Shown one piece after another: positions 1 to 11,920 of a stretch of 64,000 bases of DNA. A program made the translations under genes and the position numbers. Source of the stretch: Psammoneis japonica (lineage: Eukaryota); contig QPGO01000051.1 in NCBI GenBank assembly GCA_008632985.1, positions 248,001 to 312,000 on the forward strand, read 5' to 3'. The notes under the pieces were generated by a model. That model ran no database searches and had not been told where the DNA came from. It was given only the letters and a program-made list of their open reading frames with translations. The first letter of the stretch is position 1; each line of letters begins with the position of its first letter.

Positions 1-257
1 CAGCTGCATGGTGCCGTCAATGCCCGTGAGAACCAGCCGGACAGCAAGATGTTGTGTGAGCATGAGCTTGAATGGCCACAGAAGGGTGGCTCCAGCTGGT
101 GCTGGTTGCAGTGGAGTCATCACACAAAATTTTTGAATCTTGGGCTGGATGGCCTGTGCAAGCCAAAAAACATGTCATTTTGTGCCTCTCTTTTCCCCTG
201 TGGTTTTTGGAGACAAGGGTCACCAGCAGAGTGGGTGTTTGTGCACGCTTCAGATTC

Positions 258-280
258 AGAGAGAGAGAGAGAGAGAGAGA
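258..280. repeat. (GA)n microsatellite
   Basis: About 11 AG/GA units read directly. Confidence 0.95.
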
Positions 281-292
281 TGGGTTTCATCT

Positions 293-432
293 TGCTTTTG
301 TCCACAGCATGCACTGAGCAGCAGTGCCTTGCTGATGTGATCAAAACAAATGCTGCCATTTTCAGGTGCTTTTGTCCACAGCATGCACTGGGCAGCAGTG
401 CCCCGCTGATGTGATCAAAACAAATGCTGCCA
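293..432 (+). repeat. Two-copy tandem duplication, period 74 bp
   Basis: tgcttttgtccacagcatgcactg...gatgtgatcaaaacaaatgctgcca at 293-358 and 367-432. Confidence 0.9.
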
Positions 433-1367
433 CAGCATTGTCTCAGCTGTTTGGCACCCCAGAGTGTGCAGTCATTTTTGAAGAAGCAGTTGACAGGTCT
501 GCGCTGACAAGTCTCCTTGACAGCACACAAAGCACCACTCAGGAATTTCTTCTTCTTTTTCTGCAGCAAATCGTGCTAAATTTGGCCATTTTGCCACTTG
601 TTGGCTTGGTTTGGCAGCTTCAAAAATTCTCATTGCCTGGCACTTTTGCTGTTTGTCAATTTGGGTGTCAAGCACTGGCGGTGCTTTCACCCTGCTTTCA
701 TTTGTTGACCTGCCCCATTCAGCCCACAGCAAGAAAGAAAAATTCCATGCTTGCATCTTGGACAGATGTCAGTTGTGCCCCCCCCACAAACTTTGGCCAA
801 ACCAGAGGCATCACACCACATGATGTGCAAAGGGCCGGGGTGTCTGGCTGCAGGCATTGTGGGGGCAAAGTTCTCAGCAACACAAGCAAATGACTTTTGT
901 TGATCTCAGGAGGAACAGCAGCAGATTTTGAGCCATCTTTTGCCAAATCTCTTTCTTGGAGTGTGCCTGCACTGCTTTTTTGCAATGCAGATCAGGAGAA
1001 TGTGCGGGGCCATTCACAAAAGTGCCGCTTGACGCACCCGGGCATGCAGCGGCAGGTTGAGATGCAGCACCGCCAAGGGAAAACCAGTGTCGTGCTGGCG
1101 GTGCTCGAACACAACATTGTCAAAAGTTGAAAGAAGGCGAGCTCTTTTGTGCACAACTTGGCACTTCTCCCTTGTGGTCCCCACATTGAAAGATGTTGAA
1201 AGTTGCGTCTTTCAACCAAAACGTTGTTGAAAGTCATTTGGCGACAAACACTGCGATGACGCTCTGTCAATGTGTCAGAATGCTGAGTGCGTGCCAGCGC
1301 GCTGCGCATTGAAGTGAGTGAAGCATTTCATTCGTGAGTGAGTCGTGAGGCGACTCCCGCGCAGTCT

Positions 1368-1445
1368 CAAGTCGCAGTAGAACACATTTCTACCAAGGAC
1401 CATCAGATCGCGGGCATGTTCACAAAGCCATTGCCAAAGGATCAG
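1368..1445 (+). mobile_element. Ty1/Copia RNase H C-terminal remnant
   Basis: QVAVEHISTKDHQIAGMFTKPLPKDQ resembles the Copia pol terminal motif (QIADMFTKPL). Confidence 0.75.
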
Positions 1446-1611
1446 CGTATCAAATTGCACATCATTAAAAGCGAGTCGAAGATCGCGGCGAACTGCAGAT
1501 CGCGAGGTTCCTGTCGATCACCTCACTTCCTTTATTATCTCCTCTCATTTTACCACAATCTGAAACTAGTGCACTTTGCTTCACTGCTCTTTCAAACAAA
1601 CACCATGTATC

Positions 1612-3171
1612 ATGACGCCGTCTCGATGGGTTGCGATTTTCATTGGTCTAGTCATCCTTGGAGTCGCGCAATGGATACTGTTGTTCTCGGCGTCCGCATA
1701 CCGCACTTTTAGCTCTCAGTTCGAGTACTCGAACGCTTACTCATCCACCGCAACTAGGTCACATAATAAAAGAGTGAACGCAGGATCTCTTCCTATTGAG
1801 GACAAAAACTGGCAATTTGCACCAGCCGAAAGCAAGGCAATTCGTAAATGGGGATGTGATTGCACCGAAACACCGTTTGTCTTTGTTCACATTGGAAAGG
1901 CCGGTGGAGGGAGTGTGAGGGGAAGACTAGCGGCAAGTAGTCACAACTACACAAGAGAAAGGCCCATGCATCCAGATATGGCTTACTATCCAGTTCTGGA
2001 GGAAGGCACGCACGGGAATGGAACAACCACTATTCGAGCACGTTTTTTGTAACAGTTGTTTTACTCATCGTCGACCAGTGGAAGAAAAGGCATACGAAGG
2101 TACACTACTCTGCCAGGCTTCCACTCCAATTGGACAAGCCATTGGTTGTCCGGAAGTAGTCTCAAGGTATCAACAAGGACTTGAGCAGTATCCATATGCA
2201 TGTGGTCTGGATAACGATCGTTGTGATCTGGTGTACCTCGGCCACAACTTGTTTGGTGCTGAAATTCATTGGCTTCCCGGACCGTACCTTGCAAAGTGGT
2301 GGTCAGCTCGGTGGGGAACCAACAACACCGTGACTTCACTCTGGGATCGTATAGACGAAAATAAAACATGGTGTCCCCTTCACGACATGGAGAGACCGCA
2401 ATCCTTACGCGACTACTTGATGAACTATGACAAGTGCTCTGTCCCAATACAGAATCACGTGGATGTGCAAGCAACTCTGACGCTTTCCCCTTTCCTTGCT
2501 GGAGCTCAAGGCCTAGAGATTAAATCATGGTCGCCCATTTATGCATCCATGCCGGTTCTTCGTGCAGTTTTGGTTCGAGATCCCTTTGCCTGGCTCTTGT
2601 CGAAATACATGTGGCACCACAAAGTGAGCGACACAGATAATCCCCCGCCAAAATGTGACGATATCGAAACAGCGGTGCAGCGCGGCATCAAGATTCCCCC
2701 AAAGAGAACGGCATGGATGTTCTTAAACCAGGGTGGCTTTGTCGCATGTCACTCGGGTACATTATGTATCTGTGCGGAGAAGACTGTATTGTACGATATG
2801 CTTCCGGCACGGCTGCTCTGGAAGATTTGGAACTACAAGCAGAGGGTAACTTGCGTCAGGGTTTTGCAGTGGTGGGACTGCTTGAGGATGGCGATCGAGT
2901 CTTTTACGACATGGTTTCCGCCCGTGTACAATACATTGACACGTCGCTCAACTCTCATATTCAGGGAGATCATCACGCTTCCCGGAAAAGCAAGGAAGGG
3001 TCAGCGTGCCGTCAGTTGTATGAAGATCCATCGTTTCAACAGAAATTGATGGAGGCGTCACCAGAGCTAGCGGTCCTCGACCGATTGTATAAAGTTGCAA
3101 AGGAAGTTAACAGATTCCAACGAAAAGAGCTAGAAGGGTGTTCTCAAAAGTCGTTCATTTCGAAAAAATGA
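1612..3171 (+). CDS. Membrane-anchored sulfotransferase-family protein (two homopolymer frameshifts, about 2045 and 2698)
   Basis: N-terminal TM segment; 5'-PSB motif FVHIGKAGGGS; 3'-PB-like VLVRDPFAWLLSKY; C-terminal FAVVGLLE...LDRLY. Three overlapping ORFs join after single-base fixes in a T6 and a C5 run. Confidence 0.75.
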
Positions 3172-3692
3172 AACACGGAAGCAGAAAAAGTGGCGGCTTG
3201 GGACTACAGACCCTATAAAGTCGATAAATTGTTGGTAGGTTTGAAGGTACAGGAATTACTTTCAACACAATGTAGAATACCGTATTGTAACTGCTCTCGA
3301 AGCGTGAAACTGTTGTGGAGATGATTGCTTCTTTTGCGTTTGAGGCCGTTTTTCTGAGGAATTGGTACAGCTGGAGGCTCTACTAGTAGAAGGGAACAAT
3401 AATCTTTCCGCCTAGATTGTCTAGCCTTTCACAGCATCAAAAAATGATTCCGTAAAACTCGCGATATGGACTCTAGCATGATTTTCCAGACGACCATCCA
3501 CTAAACTATACTGTAATTGAGGCACGAAAAATAACTTCAAGAACAAACTAAAGGACACTAAAATTCATCAACACAACATTCATGGATCCCCCCCATACTA
3601 TATATACTGCGGCACTTTTCACTGGTAATCAGTTGGGGAAGCAATCAGTCAATCGACGCGTTACTTTCGACTTGAGGGTGAAAATTCTGTCT

Positions 3693-4032
3693 CTACATGA
3701 CACTGCAGCAACAAAATCCGCCTTCATCATCCCAGTTGTCTTCGTTGTAACCGAGAACTTTCGCCGCCTCCTGCTGTTCCTTGGTTAAATCCTCCCAATC
3801 TGCAAAATGAAAATCAAAGAAAGACAAAGACCGTGAGAAGACGTACCGATATATTGAAGACAGACACGGCCCATCTTGACCACACTTTTTTATGCTTACC
3901 AGATTCGTCCACCAATTCGGGCTCTTCGTCTTTGTTCCACATTCTCTTGTCGTATCCAAGGACTTTAGCCGCCTCCTGTGCTTCCTCGGGGAGATCGTCC
4001 CAGTCTTCATCCTCGTACTTTGACTTTGTCAT
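3693..4032 (-). CDS. Small acidic two-repeat protein (W-x-x-L...AAKVLGY...W) with C-terminal CCCSVM; intron 3899-3800
   Basis: GTAAGC...TTTGCAG intron gives MTKSKYEDEDWDDLPEEAQEAAKVLGYDKRMWNKDEEPELVDESDWEDLTKEQQEAAKVLGYNEDNWDDEGGFCCCSVM. Confidence 0.8.
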
Positions 4033-4803
4033 GATGAGATAGAGAGTTGTTGCGGTTCAGCCAAACGTGTATGGGCGACAACACAAATAATGACAACCGA
4101 TCACCTACTCAAGATGGATGTCCTCGTTGAAAAATGAAAAATTGTTGGTCCGACAAAACACGTGGGGTCGAATCGGCATGTGACAGCGTTGGACCGTTGA
4201 AGGAATCCGTTGAGCCTCTATTTGATCGATACTAACTCATTATGATGATATATTATGTATGTAAGAGACAATAATAAAGATGTATTTGACACCCATAACC
4301 CGTTTCAGTGGAGTCGTCGTCGAAAGTCGATGTGGCAATGACGTGAAGATGCGTCCCGTAGTGCGAACTGCAATAGACAATGAATGCTTATGGTATCGGT
4401 CAACGTCTTCAGACAGGAGCCTTTGTAATTTACCCCGACAGTGTATGATAGATACAATGGGTGGGGGGAGTAAGGAAAGAGCATATGATATCGGTCAAAC
4501 GGACAACGCTTTGGTAAGAATCTGTCATTCATCATCTTCATCTCGAGTGAAACAATAAAAACGCTGTCTGTTCCGTAAACTTGTATATAAATAGCTTAAC
4601 ATCATTTCTAAAGCCTTTATCACTTAAAACAACTAGTGCATAAGCCAAGGATCACTTTCAGGACTTGTTCGCCTACAAGAACGCTCAGCCATAAAGATGA
4701 GAACCACACGTCTTCTTCTTCTTCTCGCCCGTCATAACATCCTGTTTCTCTTCGCCCAGAAAACCATCCACTTGACCCATACTGCACAGCTCCAACTCGT
4801 CTT

Positions 4804-5009
4804 CTAATCGTCTTCCCAGTTGCCTTCGTTGTAGCCAAGGACACCGGCGGCGGCTTGCTGAGCGGGCGTAAGGTCTTCCCAATCACTCTCCTGGACCAAC
4901 TTTGGTTCCTTGTCCTTGTCCCATAACTTCTTGGTGTATCCTAGGACTTTGGCTGCCTCTTGAACCTCCTTTGGAGCTCGTCCCAGTCGTAATCGTCGTA
5001 CTTGCCCAT
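4804..5009 (-). CDS. Intronless tandem paralogue of the small acidic repeat protein (1-bp frameshift near 4973)
   Basis: With one C restored it reads MGKYDDYDWDELPKEVQEAAKVLGYTKKLWDKDKEPKLVQESDWEDLTPAQQAAAGVLGYNEGNWEDD*. Confidence 0.75.
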
Positions 5010-5318
5010 GATTGGCTCTTGCACAATCGCCGCTTTTTGGGATTGTGTGTTGCGTTTATTGCGTGTTTGGTGTTTGCGCTGGCGTTGTGTTTTCGTTCGC
5101 GTTCGGCGATGCAGCGAAAGATACGCTATATTTAAAAACATCAGAAAGTGTATATTTTTACTATGTTGCAAAACGTGCCGTTCGCATGTCTGTCGTCCAC
5201 CTTTTTGCTTTTTTGCTTTGCTTTCTGCATTGTTCTTGCGAAGAGTGAAAACAGTATAATAGAAAGCATGCTTACTTTTAGCCTACTACTGTTGGAGTAA
5301 ACCGGACAAACCACCACG

Positions 5319-7418
5319 ATGACGAGTAGTATTGACGAGATCAAGTGCCCATGTTGCAACAATCCATGGGCTCGCGCCACTGAGGGATTCTTTGCCGGGT
5401 CAGGAGTAGTGTGTATGACATGTGCAGTCGATTCCAATCAAGATATGGATCTTTCGGTGGATCCGGCGAAGAACTTTTTTCAGTATGCCAACGGAGGTTG
5501 GATGAAGAACAATCCCATTCCTCCCGGATATCCTTCGTGGAATACATTTACGGCTCTCCATGTCAAGTCTCAAGAGAATCTAAAGGAACTGTTGGAAGAA
5601 CTCCTTGAAAAAGACAATCTCAACGAGAATGAAGCGAAGCTAAAACTCTTTTTCCAAACAGCCATGGATGAAGCTGCGATTGAGCAACATCGACTGACTC
5701 CTTTGAAACCGTTACTTAACAGGTGTGAAGAGATTGCTACAAAACAAGGCAGTGACTTGTCCAAGAGTTTGGGTGAAACTTTCTACAAGTATGGCATTTG
5801 TCCGTTTGTGCGTGTTAGTGCCAGTCCCGATTCAAAGCATTCCATGCACTCTATTCTTCAAGTATCACAGGGCGGCCTAGGATTGCCCGACCGGGACTAC
5901 TACTTTGACGAGGACAAGGAAGAAATTCGTAGTCAGTACAAATTTCACATTGCCAAAATGCTTCAACTTACATGTGATGACAAACAAGCCGTCGTCGACA
6001 CGACCGACATGGCAGAAGAGATTTACAAGTTGGAGGAGCAACTTGCAGAGGCACACATGACCAAGACAGAGTGCCGCGATCCTCAAGCTACCTATAACAA
6101 AATGACCAACGTAAAGGAACTCCAAGACATGATCAGCGGTAATACCAGCTTTGACTTTTGTGCCTTTCTCATGGGCGCCACGGGCGATAGTCTTTCGGAG
6201 GAACAATTGGGCGAAGTGAATGTTCGCAACGTGGCAGCGCTGGAACGCGTAGCTCAAGTTGTCTCCCAACTTGAATCAAAGATTCTACAGTATTATTTGC
6301 ATTGGCACATTGTCCGTGCTACGGCCAAATACATGTTTGATGATTTGGTACAGGAGAGCTTTCGTTTCAACGAGCAAGTCTTGGCGGGTACCAAGGAAAT
6401 CAAGCCGCGTTGGAAGCGTGCCATGCAGTTTGTCGAGGACGCCTTGGGTGAAGCCCTGGGACAGTTGTACTGTGCGCGGTACTTTGATGAATCAAACAAG
6501 GAGCGAGCTCTCCGTATTGTCGAACATGTACGTCAAGCTCTTGAAGACCGTTTGAGAGAAGTCGATTGGATGACGGCCGAGTCAACGCGAAAGAGCGCTT
6601 TGGAAAAGATGAATGCCTTTGGTGTCAAGATTGGATATCCCGATAAGTGGATTGATTACTCTGATTTAAAGTTTGGCGCGGACGATGCTCTTGTCAACAT
6701 GGCATTGGCTGCCGATGCGTTTGAGGTTCGGCGCATGGTCAAAGAGGACGTCAACCAAGCCACGAACCGCGACAAGTGGTTCATGACTCCGCAAACAGTC
6801 AACGCTTACTATCACCCCAACTTGAACGAGATTGTCTTTCCCGCTGCCATTTTGCAGGATCCGTTCTTCACCAAGGACGAAGTCACCAATTATGGAGCAA
6901 TGGGAGCCGTTGTGGGTCATGAGATGACTCATGGATTCGATGACAAGGGACGAAAGTTCGATTCTTCTGGAAATATGGTGGATTGGTGGACGGAGAAGGA
7001 TGGCGACGAGTACGAACGCCGAGTCAAGGTCATGGTACAACAAGCCAATGATTACCAAGTTTATGGTCAGTCAGTCAGAGGTGAGTTGACATGCGGTGAA
7101 AACATTGCCGATTTGGGTGGACTCCGCTTGGCGCTGCGAGCACTCATGGCGCAGGAGGATCTAGTCAAGACGGATGAATCCAAGGAGGATAGTGCCTTTA
7201 CACCGGTACAGAAATTCTTTTTGGGGTGGGCGCAATGCTGGCGTCAAAACATTACCAAGGAAAGATCTTTGCAGCTGTTGACGATTGATCCGCATGGTCC
7301 CAATGAGATGAGGTGCAATGGTCCGCTCTCAAATATGCCGGAGTTTCATGATGCCTTCAAAGTTGCAGAGGGATCGCCCATGTACAAGCCAGCCGATCAA
7401 CGTGTTGATATCTGGTAG
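5319..7418 (+). CDS. M13 family zinc metalloendopeptidase (neprilysin/PepO-like)
   Basis: 699-aa intact ORF; NFFQYANGGW, GLGLPDRDYY, VNAYY, HEMTH (HExxH), GENIAD, DPHGP motifs. Confidence 0.95.
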   Translation: MTSSIDEIKCPCCNNPWARATEGFFAGSGVVCMTCAVDSNQDMDLSVDPAKNFFQYANGGWMKNNPIPPGYPSWNTFTALHVKSQENLKELLEELLEKDNLNENEAKLKLFFQTAMDEAAIEQHRLTPLKPLLNRCEEIATKQGSDLSKSLGETFYKYGICPFVRVSASPDSKHSMHSILQVSQGGLGLPDRDYYFDEDKEEIRSQYKFHIAKMLQLTCDDKQAVVDTTDMAEEIYKLEEQLAEAHMTKTECRDPQATYNKMTNVKELQDMISGNTSFDFCAFLMGATGDSLSEEQLGEVNVRNVAALERVAQVVSQLESKILQYYLHWHIVRATAKYMFDDLVQESFRFNEQVLAGTKEIKPRWKRAMQFVEDALGEALGQLYCARYFDESNKERALRIVEHVRQALEDRLREVDWMTAESTRKSALEKMNAFGVKIGYPDKWIDYSDLKFGADDALVNMALAADAFEVRRMVKEDVNQATNRDKWFMTPQTVNAYYHPNLNEIVFPAAILQDPFFTKDEVTNYGAMGAVVGHEMTHGFDDKGRKFDSSGNMVDWWTEKDGDEYERRVKVMVQQANDYQVYGQSVRGELTCGENIADLGGLRLALRALMAQEDLVKTDESKEDSAFTPVQKFFLGWAQCWRQNITKERSLQLLTIDPHGPNEMRCNGPLSNMPEFHDAFKVAEGSPMYKPADQRVDIW

Positions 7419-8945
7419 AGAGAGGGAGACACAAATCTATCGTGTGTTTAAGATTTCTTCCTGAGAGAGTTACTTGTTGTATCCTGATCTACTCTTTGTT
7501 GTAAATCGATTTCTCTCTCGAACTCACTTCGCGCTCGACAATCGTAATATTGGAGAGATAGTAGCTTGGGAACTAGCAAATATCTTTATCCAAACATAGA
7601 TCTAAATAGATACACAATTGCATTGGGCGATTGGCGTGTCTACTCGCATCTCGGGTTTGTGCCGGGCATTGATGGTTGATGTTCTTTCTCTGTTTGGCGC
7701 GTGTTTACCCCTCTGTCATACCGGTACGCTCACTCATCAGTGAAACACCACGCCTCCGCTTCGACGTGCTTCAACTGAATTACGTCGTCATCGAGACACG
7801 GTGATTATCATGTGAGCGCCACTTCGTGTCATTATCAAGAATGCTTTGCAATACCTTGTCTTGGCGATCGCTGGATGACGCCCAGCCAAGTCAGGAATCA
7901 ACGGAGCCGTTGTGGCTTTTTGCGGTAGGAGGGTTGAAGTGGAGACCAATGCATCCGCCACGACACATTCACGTCACCATCCTTCGCGTAGTGGTCACCG
8001 GATCCATCCCTTTGAAAGTATTAACTTGGGAAAAGCTGCTGGCTTGGAGTCACGTGGTGCTAACAACATGCCAGAGGATCGTCAAGACAGGCCAATTTAT
8101 CCACTCGTGAGAATCGCCGTGACGTCCATCTTGACCAACCTACTCCATTTGATCGGAGCAGCACTTCGAGAATCGGTTGCAGGACTAACGCCAATCATGC
8201 GACAAACCGCGACTTTGAAATTCAGATTTTGAAGGGGTGGCGGGGCGTCGACCTCTCTTGCCTCGGTGGAACTGTACGATTTGAACCTCCTTGCCGTCAG
8301 GGTTGTGGCGGACTTAGGCGCTAAGGACAGGAATGTCTCAAGTATGACGCAGTGAATGCTAATTTTCAAAAGCGCGAGCATCGTATAAAATGCATTGAAT
8401 ATATTTTTTGTTTGGTTTTCATAATCATAATCTGTCCGGTAGGCCTAATACTCTACACGGTAAACTAACTTATTCCCTCTCGAGCCCCAGTAACCCCTGC
8501 CCGCGATGATAAATCCGACAACCCATGAGCATTTACGACGCACGAGAAGTCTGTATATAACACTTGCTTCTTCTTTCTCATTCTCTTTCGTCAGCGCCAC
8601 TACGCTTTTTGACTTGAAAACTGGAACAAGTGCTGCTGCTGTTCAACAATAGGTTTCAGAGGTGGACTAGATCTCGAGTTTTCTTCTGCCGGTGTATCTG
8701 CACAAAACCGGTTCCGAAACGGCGGCCGTCTATCACATGTCATTAATGACAATGCGCGCCGGAGTGTGATCTAGAAAGCTCTTCCTATATCATATCGCTG
8801 CTGCAGTGTAAACTTGAGTGCCAAAATGACAAGTGCTTGCGCACAACAAGCTGACATCTGAAAGGTCTGAACCAAAAATAAGACACAAAATCACGGACAA
8901 ACTTCTCCACCTGCAACAGCAAAAAGGCCAGCCTCATCGAATACC

Positions 8946-10236
8946 CTACAACTCGGGATCAGAAACTTCCTCCAAATATTTGTCAATCGTCTGCCTCTCG
9001 CTCCCATCCATGCATCGGATATCGTAGAATGCAATGTAATGGTCGTCAAAGTCTTTGGCCATCACACGCTTGTTGTTGCGGCAGTAGATCACGTCCTGCC
9101 CCTCCTTGTACTTGGACGTTGGTGTTTTTTGGATGGGCAATAGATTCTTTTCAACCGTCTGCCTCTCTCTGTTATTAGAGAAGAGGATAGTGTAGTATGG
9201 ACTTTTGTCGTCGCGGTGAATACTAATGATTTTGGCAGAAGCGACATGGTTCGTATTGTTGTTCGTGTACATGACGTTCTCGCCGACTTTGTACTGGTGC
9301 TTTGGAGCGCTCGGCTTGGGAGGCGATGCTTCGATGTCGTCTTTTTCTGATTCCGATTCGACTGACGTTAGGGAGGTGTAGGTTGAAAACTGCTGTGAAC
9401 TAACGGTGGGGAGGTGTAGGTTGAAAACGGCTCGTGAACAGCACCACTGTTGCAACTAATGCCGTGATGAGGAGAGCTGAACACAAGAAAAGGAAAAGAA
9501 CGAATGTAACGTTAGAAAGAAGCGTCATTATGATGGATGGTGGGTAGCACAAGCAACAAAAGTAACAAAAAACTTACGATACAATCGGCTCCTTGTCTTC
9601 AAAGGTCAAATCGGTCTTCGAATCCTCGTCGTAACGATACGTCTTGCCTTGCGCCTCGTGGCTGCGACGCGTGATGGGAGGCTTCTGTGTTTCAGAACGA
9701 TTCCACCACAGCTGCTTGTACAACGCCTCAATTTTATCCGCAAGGACAAGAAAAAGACAGACAAGAAATCCAACGAAAAAAAAAACAGACATTGATGTTC
9801 ATCAAAATGATGCACACGTTCCTCAAAGTGAAGCACGCTACGAGCAAGACAAACTCGACCCGCACAAGCTCACCAGGATCCTGACGCAGGCAGGACACGG
9901 ACTGGCCATCGTCACCAAGGAAAAACACGGCATTCAAGATGACAAAAGTGTACAACATGGTGATATTGTCGATGCGATACTTTACTTTCTTGCCAGAACT
10001 GCGATTGTGAGACGACGAAAGCACGTGGCAAGGTGCGTGCTTGCGTATTTCAGATTTTCGCGTGTAGGGAATCGTGTCCGCGAAGTGGCAAGTTGGTTTT
10101 GACACAATTTAAACCGGTGCTGGGTTTGATCCAAGTAATCATCTCGATCCAAACTCGGAATACCGCTGCAATCCTCATCGTCATGGCCGAACACAGCGTT
10201 GCTGTAGTCCGAGTCCGAGGTTGTTTCTGGCGGCAT
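8946..10236 (-). CDS. Hypothetical protein with TM segments and two C-terminal repeats (YKxGxxVxY...ERQT); frameshifts near 9985 and 9780, intron about 9577-9477
   Basis: ORFs 9982-10236, 9734-10105, 9574-9792 and 8946-9455 chain via A-run indels and a GTAAGT...CAG intron; the repeats YKVGENVMY...RERQT and YKEGQDVIY...SERQT. Confidence 0.5.
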
Positions 10237-10420
10237 GTTGGTGCTGCGCTAGCCAGCCTTCTTTCGGCTTGGTTCCGGCACACTGGAATGGGATTCCAGC
10301 CGAAGCCGGAACAGACGCGCTGTGGCGGTTGCTGCCGTCTGAATCCTGACGGGGGTGATTGCGTTCGGCCATGGTGATGTTTTGTTGACGACAGTGAGAC
10401 TGTGACGTCGATCTTGCCTT

Positions 10421-10530
10421 GAGAAAAGGGAATAAATCTACCGGTACGCATGTGATGAGAAAAAGGGAATCTAGCTACGCATGAGAAAAAGGGAATCTAC
10501 GCATGAGAAAAAAGGGAATCTCTACTCATG
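10421..10530 (+). repeat. Imperfect tandem repeat, 4 x GAGAAAAAGGGAATCT(..)ACGCAT
   Basis: Four units read directly, sitting at the left edge of a TpA-depleted block. Confidence 0.85.
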
Positions 10531-11740
10531 GGATCGGGAAACCCAAAAACCATCTGCCTGTTTTTGCCAAGTTTCACACCGGCAGCACCGTCCATGAATG
10601 GCATTTGCAAATTGTTTGTGAATGCAGCACGTCAATGCAACAGAAAAAGCACATGAATTGTGCCAACGGCAGCCATTGAAGCAAGATCGCCAACACATGC
10701 AGCGCGTGCACAAAGCTGCAGAGTGAGCAGGAAAAAAATGCTGTTTCGACAATGGCGCACCTTCGACGCAGCGAGCCCCTCCCAGACACCCACTCATCGA
10801 CTTTTTGACATCACTCGACAAACCACATTTTAGCTGGAACATGTGTGCTCAATTTTTCAGCCGTTGACTCGTTTTTGGTGCCGTGGAGGTTGCTTTGTGG
10901 TGGGAAGGACAAAACAACAGCATGAGGTGCATTTTTCGACGACTCGTTCACACCGGTGCCAGCATCTTCTCAATCAGCATCATGTTGTTTTGGCAGGATG
11001 ATGTTTTTGCACGACTTTTTCGAAAGTCTGGACAGCGGGAGAGTCAAAAAGGCCGCGAAGATTTTCAGCTTCCCGCCAGCAAGAGACTTCAATGTGAGGG
11101 GCAAATCAAAATCAGATGTGATTGACCACTGGCACGCATTTGTGATGCAGTTGACATGCCTCTCCCAGAGTTGGTGTTTGACCCAGAAGCATCAGGAAAG
11201 CAGTGCACCAGGGGTGATGAGCCAACTGGGGTGCGTTGAAGCAAAGGCAGAGAAGGACTGTGGGTGCATGGATGGTGGTTCTGATGATGAGCATGGTTGA
11301 CAGGATGTTCTGCCAAAAGGGGGCAACATTCCGAAAACATCTGGAAGACAAAACAGCATGTTCAGTGTAGAAAACCAACAGATTGAACTGCTCCAGAGAG
11401 CTGACGCTTGCCTCCATCTTAATCGCACTCTGTCAAACCTCCCAGCGGTGGGACTGCAGTGTGTCTGAACAGGTGGCACTTCCAAGATGGTGCTCCCTCC
11501 AATCCCATGCCCGTGGCACAAATGACTGTGAAACAGTTTGGGTGCTGCCGTTCGCCGCCACTTCAATTTAGCATGCAATGCCTCAACCAACGGATGTTGA
11601 TTGTTGGGAGGAACAGGAAATCCAAGCGATTCGTTTGACAACCACCAGCAGATGGCGAAGCACTGCACTCTCAGTGGCATTCTCAGCATGTGTTGATGCG
11701 ATGAAGGATCATCCCAGTGCAATGATGAGAGTCCCCGTCG
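10530..11740. mobile_element. Degenerate TpA-depleted repeat block
   Basis: About four TA dinucleotides in 1.2 kb; Cys/His/Trp-rich spurious ORFs; no recognisable intact domain. Confidence 0.55.
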
Positions 11741-11920
11741 TGTCTAGCAGATTGAGGAAGAAAGTTTAAGATCATGCTGATCAAACGTGCGACTCCTCGT
11801 GATTGGTGGTTGGATCAATAGGATTCATCTTTGTCACTTTTGCTGTAATTGTGTAATCCCTCTTAGAGTATAATGCTTTGAAGTCACGTCAAAAATTTCT
11901 TAAAGTCTCTATCGTAGGCA

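Larger units (their letters stand above)
1..1377. mobile_element. Degenerate TpA-depleted repeat block (element family not identifiable)
   Basis: Only one TA dinucleotide found in 1377 bp (577-578, CTAA); rich in TG/CA; spurious Cys/His-rich ORFs in all frames; abuts a Copia RNase H remnant. Confidence 0.65.

Noticed and set aside
7826..8381. Short ORFs between the peptidase and the 8946-10236 gene
   Set aside because: No recognisable motif or consistent frame.
10421..10530. CRISPR-like array
   Set aside because: No unique spacers, variable unit length, eukaryotic context and no cas genes.
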